DNA of 62,959 bases, counting the filler. It is 7 parts of 7 records of this genome, joined end to end, with 100 filler letters (N's around TTAATTAATTAA, not from the genome) between each part and the next. Parts side by side here need not be neighbours in the genome. Positions count along the whole stretch, not along the records: positions 40,431 to 53,342 come from SRR7504441_474; positions 53,443 to 62,959 come from SRR7504441_478; 5 more parts are not named here. The stretch is one strand, 5' to 3'. The notes under the pieces are model-generated. The model saw nothing but the letters and a program-made list of their open reading frames with translations, made no database searches and had not been told where the DNA came from. This document shows, one piece after another, positions 45,571 to 57,218 of this stretch (its first letter is position 1; the number at the start of each line of letters is the position of its first letter). The position numbers were made by a program, and so were the translations under genes.

Positions 45571-46887
45571 TTACAGGAAATATTCTGGAGCTGGCTTTTT
45601 TGCAGGAACGCCGCGCACCTGCACGCAAACTAAGGGAAGCTCGAGATTGATGGTGCACCTCCTGCGGAGCAGCATCAAAGCACTTGAACTGGCGCTCGAG
45701 ATGCTCGTCCAGCTCTAAAATCGCGGCTACATTGCCACACCTGTATTTGGCCAGTCAGAGAGGAGCGGTGTACGAGTCCCCACCGGTAGCAGTAATTCGG
45801 GGCAGACCACACTGTGAAAAGCGTCTCGTTGAACATCGGCTTGTAACCCTCCATCACCAGCTGGTGCGCCCGACAGATTGTGTCAATTTTGTTTGTGTGC
45901 TCGAATTGTGAGACCACATCTCCCCCAAACAAGTAGCCCGCACCGCGAGGACTCAACCCCCAGCCATCTATTTCCTCTGGATCAGACCACAGCAAGTCGC
46001 ACATTGCGCCATCGTGCGGAACCTGTCGCGCGTGTCAGATGCCGGAGGTGCCTGTGGCCACCTCTTGTTTGCGGTCAATCACCCTGATTTGATCCAGGGT
46101 GCTGATAGAAGGGGACAGCCCTCCGTGCACACAGAAGATCCGGTCCTCTATGAGGGCCGACAAGCTGCCGTCCACAACCACGCTCAGCCCAGCCGCTGCT
46201 GGCACCCGCCGCCGACCGACCTCAAGTAGTCGAAAATGTCTGTACAGAACCGCCACACGTTGACTGAGCCGTACTTGCGCAGGCACTCGTCGTAAAAGCC
46301 GTAAACCTGTATCAGCCGTGGCTGAGCCAGGGGGGGTGGTGGGGCAGCGCCTGGGTGATCTGCCTGCTCTCGTGATTGCCTCGAATCAGCGTGATCCTAT
46401 CTGGGTACCGCACCTTGCACCGCACTAGTGAGCAGCCCTGCGACGGGCTGAGCCGCACCTTGAGCGCGAGGAGCAGGAGGAAGGTCTCCACACTGTAGAA
46501 CCCGCGGTCGACAAAGTCTCCCATGAACAGGTAGTTTGTCTGAGGGCACTCGCCGCCCACCTGCACGGCCACTCGCGCTGGGGCCGGCTCGGTCCGCCCA
46601 CCTTGAACAGCTCCTTCAGGTCGTAGAACTGCCCGTGGATATCCCCACACACCTGCACCGCGCGGCTGCTCAGCGGCCCTGTCGGACGGCGGGAGCTGAC
46701 CGTCACAGGGGCGTGCACCCGCTGAACGTTGGACTCCTCCAGCAGTATTTCGCAGGCTTTGTTGCATAGCGCTTTCACCTCGGCCTGCAAACGCCGCGGT
46801 CATGGTGCCGGGTTCTGGGAGGGCGGGCACCTCCTTGATGTAGTTGCAGTTCCGCAAGTCCTCGATTTGTCTGTCGAGGTCCGACAT
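45571..46887 (-). CDS. PPP4C: Ser/Thr protein phosphatase 4 catalytic subunit; 9 introns (39-56 nt)
   Basis: [66 protein letters not shown] and C-terminal EYFL*. Confidence 0.97.
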
Positions 46888-46952
46888 GATTGCCTGCTGC
46901 TACCCACTTTGCCTTCGGCGACCCGCTTCGAGCAAAATGCAAAGACGCTTGT

Positions 46953-46975
46953 CCGTTGCTGCTGCTTCGCCGTTA
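46953..46975. promoter_or_regulatory. Tandem CCGTTG / CCGTTA in the PP4/ankyrin bidirectional promoter
   Basis: Lies between ATGs 46887(-) and 46999(+). The same CCGTTG-then-CCGTTA layout occurs at 23408-23424. Confidence 0.7.
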
Positions 46976-46998
46976 CTCCGGAGTGTGGTGGCAGCGGG

Positions 46999-49900
46999 AT
47001 GGCCGAGGCTGCTGGCGACGCGGCGCCCGGTGCACCCGGGCCGCCCCGCGCGGAGTCGGTCGTTCCCGAGGCGCCGCCGGCTGGGTCGGGTCAGTTCATC
47101 CCGCGCTCGTCGTACGATTACATCGAGTCGCTGGTGATCAACCACCTGCTGGCCGGCATGACGGTCCACTGCCCGGTGAGCCGCCCGCCCGTCCCCTGGG
47201 CTGACCGTGGGCAGATGGACTCGGGCCGCAGCCCGATCGAGACGGTGTTCGATGCGGCGGTGGACGGGCACCTCGACGCGCCGGAGTGCCTGCAGCTGGT
47301 GGGCTGGCTGCGGGAGCAGCAGTGCAAGATCCCACGGGACGAGGACGGGGTGATGCTGCTCAACAGGGTGAGCAGCCGGGCAGGGCGCGCGCCAGCCTTG
47401 GTAGGTGCTCCGGTCTGGGGCGATGCAGCTGCCGGACAAAGTGGCCATTGGGCGGTATTTGGTCCAGAAGGGCGGCTGCTCCCGCGACCAGCAGGACCAG
47501 CAGACTCGGTGCCCCGCCCGCGGCCCGGCGGCCGATGTGCGGGGCAGGGAGGACGCGCTATTTGCGGCGGTGGACGACCCCGGGGCAGCCAGCGCGGTGG
47601 TGCGGATGCTGCTCGAGAGCCAGCCGGGCGAGCCTGGAGAGGTCGGCAAGAAGAGCACAAACAGCAGCGGACACACGGTGCTGACCAAATTAGTCACCCA
47701 GCTGAGCCACACCTCCGACCCGGAGACCATCGAATCGATCCAGGGCGCGATGCTCATGCTGTGCAGGGAGGCCGAAATGGAGACTGGCCCGATCGTGCCC
47801 TGCCTGGTGCAGGCGGCCGGACACAAGGTGACTGTGTGCACCCAGATGCTCGACTTCTTCAAAAAGCGACTGGGCGATGTGGTTGATTTCAACGCCACTC
47901 TCGGCGAGATGCACCAGACTGCAGTGCACCTAGCAGCAGCTGAGGGGCAGCACAGCATCATCAGGGCACTGCTGCAGTCGGACGCAGATGTGGACGTCGC
48001 CGACGGTCAGGACGACACACCGTTGATTCTGGCCTGCAGAGGCGGCCACATTAAGACGATTGCGGTGCTTCTGGCGGCCAATGCCAACCCAAACACCAGG
48101 AGCACAGTGGATGGCACGCCGCTCCTGGCTGCAGTGACCAGCGGCCAGGTTGCTGTGGTGGAAGAACTCTTCAGGAACAACCAGTGCGTCGACCTGGATC
48201 CAGGTGCAGTGGATGCAGACGCCGCGATTGATAAAGCCTACTGGCCAATTGGCATCAACGAGCCAGATGCAGATGGATGCACGGCCCTCGATCTGGTGAT
48301 CCAAGCTGAGCAGTCCGGCTCACCCCCCCCCGAGAATGCCGAAATGTGCAAGCTGCTGCTGGCGCACGATGCCAAGACTGCCAATGACGGCGGGGCGCTA
48401 CACGATGTCATCAAGATGGTTTGCAACTCAGACCATTTGTCGCACACAGATCGGATGCGGAATGCTGCGGTTGTTGTGATGCTGCTCGATGCGAATGATG
48501 GTACCAACCGACTGATCGATCCCAACAACAAGGTGGACGGTGTCTCGCCGCTCGATCTGCTGGTATGGAAGCCATTTGGTAGCGTGATGCAGGCATTGCT
48601 GCGCGCGGGTGCGGTGCTCGAAGACGGGCTGCTTCAGCGAATGCTTCGCAGCATGGCCAGCGAGGACTGTCCCCAGGAGAAATTTGATCGGCTTCTCGAG
48701 TCAATAGCTATTCTGAGCGAAGGAGAGGGCGCGCCAGTGGGAGAGCAGAGGGTGCCGTGCACCAAGTCGGCCGATGGCGAACCCACGCTGCTCCTGCTGG
48801 CAATCAAGCTCAGGCTCAAGGAAGTTGTGGACATTCTGGTCACCAACGGTGTCGATGTGAATGACGGCACTCCAGTGTTCGCTACTCTCAAGGCCTTCAG
48901 CAAGGCTAGGGCTGCAGATGATCGCAAATCAGCAGCGGAGTTGCAATCAATCGTATCCCTGCTTTTTGAGTCAGGTGAGCTGGACTGCAATTGTCCTGCT
49001 GCTGATGAGATGAACGAAGAACGTACTCTGCTCGAATTCGTTGTATCAAGTGAAATCGGTAGAGACGATTTCTTGGATCTTGTCCTGGGCCAGATTGGTG
49101 ATACCAATCCTCTCAGTGCTGACCCCAACCGGCCGTCTGACAACCTGGTGCTCTCACAGCTGATGAGCGAGCTGCACCAATCTGAAGTTCTCAATCCGGA
49201 GCGGGTGCACTTTATCTTGGAGACTGTGAACAAGCTGATCCATCACGGGGCGCGTGTGGACATCCGAATCGAAGGAACTGATGGCAGAGGCACCACTCCT
49301 CTCAAAATTGCTATTGGCCTCTCAGAGTGGGAGCTAGCCAGGACCATGATCCAAGTTGGCAATGCGGATATCAATTTCTTAAACCCTTTCTATGAAAATG
49401 TGCTGCTGCCTTATTGCACTGAAGGCTTGCAACAAAAGGCATATGATGAACTTGAAGCCATGCTTGACGTTTTCTTTATGAATGGTGCTGATGAGACTAC
49501 AGTTGATGTGGGGATTCCGTCTTCATTAGACCTGGCCTGGAAGAGCGGAAAGTTTGGTCTCGCGCACAAGCTTGTCAAGAAAGGTGCTGATGTGAACCGA
49601 ACTCAGCCTCTGTTCCGTGTGATGGAGGCGATGATTGAGGCCCGGAAAGAGAGAAACGCAACAAAGGTTCAATCGCTCTCCAAATTTCTCGATTTTCTGA
49701 TTAAAAATGGAGCTTCAGCAAATGTTATTGATCCAGTGACAGAAAAAACAGCGCTTGGCTATGCAATCGACATACGAGACATGTCTCTGATTGAAATGTT
49801 GCTTGATAAGGCTGACGCCGACCCGCAAGAACCAGGACTGATTGCGGCTTTGATGAAGTCCTTAGCAAACTATGTGATCGCTTTCTGTCATGGACAGACC

Positions 49901-52900
49901 TTGAGGCCTGACCAAGATGAGGACATTGCTGGAACCAACAGTTACAGGTTTTACGAAAAGGTTGCTATGCTGCTAATCAGCGTAGGAGCATCAATTCTTC
50001 CAGAAGAAGAGACTGGCGAACCCGATGGGAGTGTCAATGGATCAGAAGTCGATGATGATATTCATGGATCAGAAATCGATGTACAAGTAGGTGAAGAAGC
50101 GGCTGATGAAGAAGCCGATGAAGAAGCCGACGAAGAACCTGTTCAAAAGGGCAAAAAGAAGCCATCATGGTGTAATGCACAAACTGCAGAGGCGTTTTGG
50201 GTCAAGCGTGACAGCTGGAGTGTGTTAGACTATGCGCTTCTTGTTACTAGTGAAACAGTTGCGAGCGAGTGCATTGAAAAAATGGAAAACGGTTCCACTC
50301 TAGGTCACATTATGTCACGCGTCTTACATGATCTGGAAGAGCTGCGTAACCGGAAGGAGCTGCTTAAGCAGAAGGAGCAACGGCGACTGGAGGGTGAGGA
50401 ACTGGAGGGTCAAGAAGATGAGGAAGATGAAGACATATTCTCAGTTGCGTGTAAGCTGAAATACGGACCACTAGTTACGAGTGAATTTCTGGAGACTATC
50501 CTTCGAGCGGTGGTTAAAAAGGGATCCATGGAGCACATGCCTTCAGTTGATGGCAGAACACCATTTGAGCGCTCACTATGTCTGAATGATGAAGACCTGT
50601 GCCAGCTTTTCATTGATCACGGTGCAGACATTACCACTCACAATCCTCAAATTCATTTGCTAGAGGAATACTACAAGAGCTCAGACTATGCGGAATACCA
50701 CGCTCCTTCATCAAAACGGAACAGGTTTGTGTTCAAAATGTCCGAAGTTTTGCTGCAAGCCAAGCCAGAGCTTTGCAACTACAAGACAAAGGACGGAATT
50801 ACCAATTTAGAGATGGCAATTATGCATGCTGATACAAAAACAGCTGAGACTCTAGTGAACAATGGGGCAGATTGCAACGAATCCCAACCACTGGGCCTGA
50901 CTTTGTCGATGCTCCATTCAGGAGTTCGAAAAGTTGGAGGTAAGCCAAGGGACTTTTTGCGTCTCATAGACCTGCTGATTGAGAAAGATGCAAACGTGGA
51001 CCAAGCCAGGCCAGGCAAGGAAAAACCATTGCAATATGCTATCTGGTTGAAGAAGCTTCCATTGGCACAAAGGCTGTTGCAGAAAGGTGCACAGGTTAAT
51101 GAGGCACCATTCCTGCCAATCAGCATGCAGCATTTGTGTGATGCAAAAAATTTGCCAGAAGAGGAAGTAGAGGAGGAGGAAGAATTCCACGGTGCGCTGG
51201 TATCCATGCTGCTGCACAACAAAGCAGATGTTGAGCAAGTGGGTCCTCGTGGCATGACAGCTCTGCAAATCGCACTTGAGGCTCACAACATGGAGTATAT
51301 CGACCAGCTCCTTGAAAGAAATGCTAGCTACAATCCAGATCTTTTGCTAGATGTTCTGGAAGATCTGAGGGCCAAGTACGACCCAAGAAACTTTTCCGGT
51401 GCAGAGATCGAAGAACGGCTGGCATCACTGCTGGTGCGGCACAGAGCCGATGTCAACATATGTAAAGACACTGTTGAGCCACTTGAATTGGCTGTTGAAG
51501 CACTGCACGTCGACATGGTACAGAGCTTAGTTCGACACGGCGCTCATTTGCGCGATGAAAAAGCAGGGAACCCGCTATTTGCTATTTTCAATCCACTACA
51601 TCATGCATTGTCGCTCGACAATCAAGCTATTGTTCGCAAATGTAGTGTGATTGCAGATTATCTCATTGAGAAGGGAGCGAATCCCCATTGCTTGCACAAT
51701 GTTCTAGACATGTGCTTTGAGGCTAAGGACAGTGACCAGCTCATTGTTGGAATGCTCACTTTCTTCGGGCAGAAGGGCGCGCGCTTGAATGAGGATATTG
51801 GTGACGACGGTCCTTTGCTGATGCGCTGTGCACGACTAGGTCTCGTGCTGTCTGTTGATGCACTAATTGAGCTTGGGGCTCCTGTGAGGCAAAAGCGGAA
51901 ATCTGACGAGAGCACTGCTGTGGCTGTGGCTATTGCAAATAACCGAACGCAATGTGCTGCGATTCTTCTGGAGGCTGGAGCAGACATCAAAGAACTCAAG
52001 GGTGAGGGCGGAGTTCCCATGGTCCATCAAGCCGTCCTTCATAAAGACGTCATGCTATTGAAACTCATGGCAAAATCCAGCGGTACCTCGCTCAAGAAAT
52101 TGACCGACCAGTTCGATAGAAGTGTCCTGCATTATGTGCTCTGCCCTGAAGTTTCTCAAAACAAAGGCGATTCGGCCGAAATGTTTGATGCGATTCAAAG
52201 CTTGGCAAATCCTTGTGCTCAAGACTGCCAAGGAGACACCCCAATTCATACAGTAGCTGCGATCCATTCCTTGGAGACCATTGCGCAGATCTTGCAGATG
52301 AAAGGTCAGTTATTGCGTTGCTGCTGCACAATTCTGACTGTGACGCAGGTGCTGACATTACAAAAGTGAACTCTCGCGGATGGACCAGCTTAGATGTGGC
52401 TGCAATGCGTGGCAATCCTGATGTCTTCCGGGTATAACCTGACAATATAGAGCAACCTGTCGTTTCACATCAGTTTATAGTGTATTTCTAATGTCCTTGT
52501 CTGACTGGGGTTTAGTTCCAACGCCTGGAATCACTTACTGATCTGTTTGGGCCAGGCGTTCCTTGAGAGCACTCCTAAGACACGCGCTCTACCTGCCGAG
52601 ACTGCAGCGATATGTGCTGGTTCCAGTTTTATGAAGGGTATGGAGCTGTGTGCTGCGTGGGGGGTCGAATCTTGGGATATGGCATTGTGGAAGGCTGCCT
52701 TCATGGGACGCTTGGATGCTATGGTCTTTGCCATTCAGCAGGTAAAACCATAGGGTAACACAGGTACTGAAATATGGCAGGGAGCTGATGTGAACCAACG
52801 AGATGCACACCGCCAGACCATCCTGCATTGTCTCCCAGGATGGCACAGTCGTAATCCGTCCTATGTGACAGCGCTTGCCAAACCATTGCTGGAAAAAAGC

Positions 52901-53342
52901 GCCAATACGCTGCTTCCTGATGCGAATGGGTCGACTGCACTACACTCAGCGTGCTTATTTCAGAATGCCGCCTTGGCAAGGCTTCTGATGGATTATGGTT
53001 CCTCCTCGACCGCTGAGACACAAAATGGAATGAAACCCTTGAACGCATCTACCATTGCTGGGGCAGAAGAACTTGCAGAGGCCCTGGATGTACCACTACA
53101 CGAGATTCCTGAAGACAAACGCAAATTCAGAGACCTGGAGGTGAACATCGGATGGGGTCTTCTCACTCAAAGGCCAAATTACCGTCCTGAGCGTTTTGAA
53201 GGTATAGAGTGGCGACGCATCCGCGAGTTGAAATCTTCTTCTAAAGCTCTGAGCAGCAACCCGGATGGTCCACTGTTGGCTGAGAACATCAGGCTGGCTA
53301 ACGTCCATGTTGATTCCTTTACATGCAGCTTGATGCAAGGCT
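46999..53342 (+). CDS. Giant (~2000 aa) ankyrin-repeat protein, 3' truncated by a linker
   Basis: Many TPL/TAL..A...G ankyrin repeats and acidic linkers. Two introns near the 5' end (39 and 37 nt), a ~4.9-kb central exon, and further introns near 52300-52780. Confidence 0.9.
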
Positions 53343-53585
53343 NNNNNNNNNNNNNNNNNNNNNNNNNNNNNNNNNNNNNNNNNNNNTTAATTAATTAANN
53401 NNNNNNNNNNNNNNNNNNNNNNNNNNNNNNNNNNNNNNNNNNCCCCCCCCGTCACCCGCGCGACCAGGCCGGGCCGCACTTGGTTGGTGTCCGGTACAGC
53501 AGGGACATCCTTCAGATTCCGTTGACGACCCGAACACTTACACGAAGGCCGGCGGAGTGGAGAGTGATTAGGCGCCGCGGGGAGG

Positions 53586-54804
53586 ATGGCGAACCGGACA
53601 GACCCGGCGGCGGCGACCGTAAAGGGGGGCAACCCGCAGAATTTGATTGAGAAGATCCTGCGCCAGCGGATCTACGGCTGCATGTACTGGAAGGAGCATT
53701 GCTTTGGGCTGACCGCCGAGACGATGGTGGACAAAGCCACCGAGCTGGAAGCGTACGGTGGGGCCACCGGCGGGCTGCGGAAGCCGACGGCGTTCCTGTG
53801 CCTGGTGCTCAAGATGCTGCAGATCCAGCCTGAGAGGGAGATCGTGCTGGAGTTGATCCACAACGAGGAGTACAAGTATGTGCGGGCCCTGGGGGCCTTC
53901 TACCTCAGGCTGGTGCGTGCGGCCGAGCAAGCCCTGGGCCGACCCGGTGGGGCAGATCGGCACTGCCAAGGACGTGTACACCACGCTCGAGCCATTGTAC
54001 AACGACTTCCGCAAGATCAGGTTCCGTAAGGCCGACGGGGGGTACGAGATCCGGCACATGGATCAGTTCATTCAGGAGATCCTCACCTCGGACTACGTGT
54101 GCGACGTGACCTTGCCGTTCCTGCTCGGTCGACAGGCGATGGAGAACACAGGCCAGCTCAAGCCCCGGATGAGTGCCATCGAGGGTGAGATCGATGACCT
54201 AGCTGAGGAGCTCAGAGAGCAGCAAAGGGCGCTTGAGCCGGAGGCCGCGGCCGAGGAGCCGGAAGCGCCAGCTGCCGCTCCCCCGTCGGAGGAGGCCGAC
54301 AAGAGCTCGCTGCGTGCGGGCGCGAGGCAGGAGCGGCAGGCAGAGCGGCGAAAACACCCTAGTCTTGAGCGGAGCCCTGCGCGCTCCAACAGAGGCAGGT
54401 GAAGGGGGGGTGGCGACCAGCTTGGTGAGCATGGGGTGCAGGGACAGCCGGGGAGAACAGCGGGAACGGGGCAGGGACAGGCGAAGGAGCCGGAGCCGGA
54501 GCCGGAGCCGCCGCAGGAGTCGCAGCCGCAGGAGTCGCAGCCGAGACCGCCGGCGGGATCGGTGACGTCCCGGCCGGGCCGAGGGGTGAGGGGCGGCGGC
54601 AGGTCACGGAGCCGGAGTAGGGGGCGGGACTCCAAGAGGGAGCGGAAGAAGAAGCAGGAGAAGAAAGCGAAGAAGGAGACCAAGCAGAAGACAGCAGAGG
54701 AGCTGGAGATCGAGGAGGCGCAGGCGCTGCGAGCTTCGCTCGGGCTCAAGCCGCTCAAACTGGACACGAAGAGCAATATTAAGTATGTCACAAAGAAGGA
54801 TTAG
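53586..54804 (+). CDS. PRPF38A: Pre-mRNA splicing factor PRP38 with an RS-like region and a C-terminal HIND motif
   Basis: MANRTD, NPQNLIEKI, YWKEHCFGLTAE, FLCLVLKMLQIQP and KYVRALGAFYLRL. A 43-nt intron; C-terminal LEIEEAQALRASLGLKPLK. Confidence 0.95.
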
Positions 54805-54904
54805 ATTGATTGCTTTCATGACTGTTCTATACGGGTAACTAATATCATGCCAAAAGCTTAGGGCCACTACAAGTAAAATTCATGCTCACACAACAATTCA
54901 GGCG

Positions 54905-55633
54905 CTATTTGGGCCTGAGCGTGACTAAAAGGCCGAAATGGTCGCTCGGCCAGGTCGGTGGGTCGTCAGCTATCGGCTCCTCGGCCACCAACTCTACCGA
55001 CTCTAGCTCCATTCGACTCAGCTTGACCCAGCACCGGTCATACCGGAGCTCGGCTCTGTTCTGCCGGGCCCAGCTGTCCATTGCGTGCACCATCCGGTTC
55101 CGCACCGCATCAAAAGTGGCCCCGGGCTCACCGGGCCGCAGGGTGGCCCACGCGTCCTGCCAGCCAGCCGGGAGCGCCACCGGCCCGTCCACCGCCTCGT
55201 TGATGTTGGTGTCGCCCATGAACACGGCGTCATCTGCCTCGCCGAGCTCCGCGAACAGCTGCGCCATCTGCCTGGCCCGCTCGGCGGACCGGTCCAGAGA
55301 CTCTAAGTGGGCCGTCCCTAGTAGGATCGGCTCCGTTGGAAGCGCGAGCAAGTCCCGGTTCATCTGGCTGGTCGGGAACGGCACCCGTCGCTCTGACCCG
55401 CACGGGGGCTGGCGGGTGCCGATGAGCGTGAAGTAGGGCGCGTGGGATGGCGGCTGGGACCAGCAGAACTGCCCGAACCCGTCGAGCTGGGCGCAGACTG
55501 CCCAGTGCTCGGCGGTCATCTCCTGGAGCATCACCGCGTCTGGGCCGGTCTGGAGCAGCAGCCGGCCCACCGCCCGCATCCGGGCCTCCAGCTCGAACCG
55601 GGAGAACCATATGTTCAGCGACAGCAGCTTCAT
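54905..55633 (-). CDS. EEP-family phosphodiesterase, TDP2-like
   Basis: LLSLNIWF, MLQEMT, SQMNRDL, TAHLES, GDTN, RYDR and PSDHFGL. Confidence 0.88.
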   Translation of the reverse strand: MKLLSLNIWFSRFELEARMRAVGRLLLQTGPDAVMLQEMTAEHWAVCAQLDGFGQFCWSQPPSHAPYFTLIGTRQPPCGSERRVPFPTSQMNRDLLALPTEPILLGTAHLESLDRSAERARQMAQLFAELGEADDAVFMGDTNINEAVDGPVALPAGWQDAWATLRPGEPGATFDAVRNRMVHAMDSWARQNRAELRYDRCWVKLSRMELESVELVAEEPIADDPPTWPSDHFGLLVTLRPK

Positions 55634-55691
55634 GGCGTGGTTCAGTAGCCTCGAGCTACTCGAGTCCGGATCGAGCAGCAACAAATCCGTT

Positions 55692-56246
55692 ATGATGAGT
55701 CGAGATCGGATGGCAGCCCGAGAGGAGGGCGACTCGCCGGGGTGCACGGTCTTCCTGGACGTGGACGGCTGCCTGCACCCGGCGACTGGCGGCAGCCTGT
55801 TCGAGCCCGGGTGCATGCGGGCGCTCCGGCGGCTGGTCGATCGGGCGCCCGGCGGGGTGCGGCTGGTGCTGTCCAGCGCCTGGCGGCTGCTTCCAGGGGC
55901 CCCCGCGGCGCTCGACCGAGCGCTGGGCGAGTGGGGGCTGCCCCCGGTGTGCTCGGTCACCCCGTCGGTGGATTTGGCCGTGGCCCGGCCGCTGCCCCGG
56001 CCGTTGGAGATATTGTCATGGCTGGAGCAGCGGGGGGCTGAGCGCAGCTGCTGGGTAGCGATCGACGACATGAACCTGCTAGAAGACGCCGCGGACAACG
56101 ACTCGGAGAGCCAGGACTCGGCGGCGGAACCGGTGCGGTACGACTTTATGGCGGGCCACTTCGTGCATGTGGACGGCAGCAAGGGGATGACACAAGAAGA
56201 CGCCGACGCGGCGGTTAGAGCGCTTTGTGATCAGTCGACGCGATGA
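55692..56246 (+). CDS. HAD-family protein (Swiss Army Knife RNA-repair-like HAD)
   Basis: VFLDVDGCL, LVLSSAWR, EILSWL, WVAIDD and GMTQEDA. Confidence 0.85.
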   Translation: MMSRDRMAAREEGDSPGCTVFLDVDGCLHPATGGSLFEPGCMRALRRLVDRAPGGVRLVLSSAWRLLPGAPAALDRALGEWGLPPVCSVTPSVDLAVARPLPRPLEILSWLEQRGAERSCWVAIDDMNLLEDAADNDSESQDSAAEPVRYDFMAGHFVHVDGSKGMTQEDADAAVRALCDQSTR

Positions 56247-56310
56247 CACAGTGCAACTAAGCAGCTTATAATAATGATCACGATTCTATTCCGTTGAATT
56301 TTATCGTTGG

Positions 56311-57136
56311 TTATCGTTGGTACAAGTAGATCGTTGCCGGGGTTTGCCACCGCTGGGCGCTGCCTTGGAACACAACAGGCACGCCCTCGCCCTCCCTCGG
56401 AGCGGCGCACCGGACCACCTCCACCGGCTCCCCCAGCCGCTCCGCCATGGCCCGCTCAAACTCGGGTATGCCTCGCCTCCCGTCACACGTAGCCACCACG
56501 ACCTTCCCTGCAGGCTTGCACACCGCCATCACTGCCGCGACCAGGTCCGGAACCATCGCCTGGCCATACACCACGTCCGACGCGATCACCAAGTCCGCCG
56601 CCGCCGCTAGCTCCCCAGCCGCCGCCGGGCCCTCCTCGCCACACCGTGCCCAGTCCAGCCGTCTGGTGCCCATCGCCGCGCAGCCGTTCAGCCGAGCGTG
56701 CCATCCGGCCAGGCGCAACGCCCGGCGCGAGGCGTCCGTGGCCACCACCCGCCCCGCCCCCCGCAGCGCCGCCATCACTCCGCCGAGCGCCACTCCGCAC
56801 CCGAGCTGCCGCCCGCTCAGCGCGCCCAGGACGCTCACACCTCCACCACCACTCCCCCGGGCGGGACCAGCGGACGGCGCGCCAGCAGCTCAGCCAGGTG
56901 CACCGCCGCGCCCCACACCACGCACCCGGTCTTGTCCTCCCCTGAGCCATCGAATGCGCCGGCCGCCTGCGTGTGGCCGCTCGGCCAACGGCCCGGGGCG
57001 GGCAGCCTACCTGGGCCAGCTGGACGGTGAGCGGTCCGAACTGGAGGCGGCTCAGTGGCCACTCCTCCACCGGATCCTCCGCCGGCTCATCACACTCGGC
57101 GTCATCACACTCGTCGCCAAACAGGTGTCGGAGCAT
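56311..57136 (-). CDS. Methyltransf_16 (METTL21-like) protein lysine methyltransferase; 2 introns
   Basis: TGCVVWGAA, VVELGCG (across a 35-nt intron), VVATD, LDW and DLVIASDVVY. Confidence 0.88.
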
Positions 57137-57218
57137 TGACAAGAACAACGGAATCACAGTTTGATCCAAAAAGCACCTTGCTTGCGCCGAGCCTCTACTG
57201 GCGCAGCCGAGCTGGGCG

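Noticed and set aside
1907-46887. Alternative genetic code or stop readthrough to explain fragmented ORFs
   Set aside because: Breaks in conserved genes resolve cleanly as short introns, and TAA, TAG and TGA all terminate genes (13148, 3300, 5122).
16199-53442. Six repeated TTAATTAATTAA elements within N-runs
   Set aside because: Artificial six-frame-stop linkers; adjacency across them cannot be trusted.
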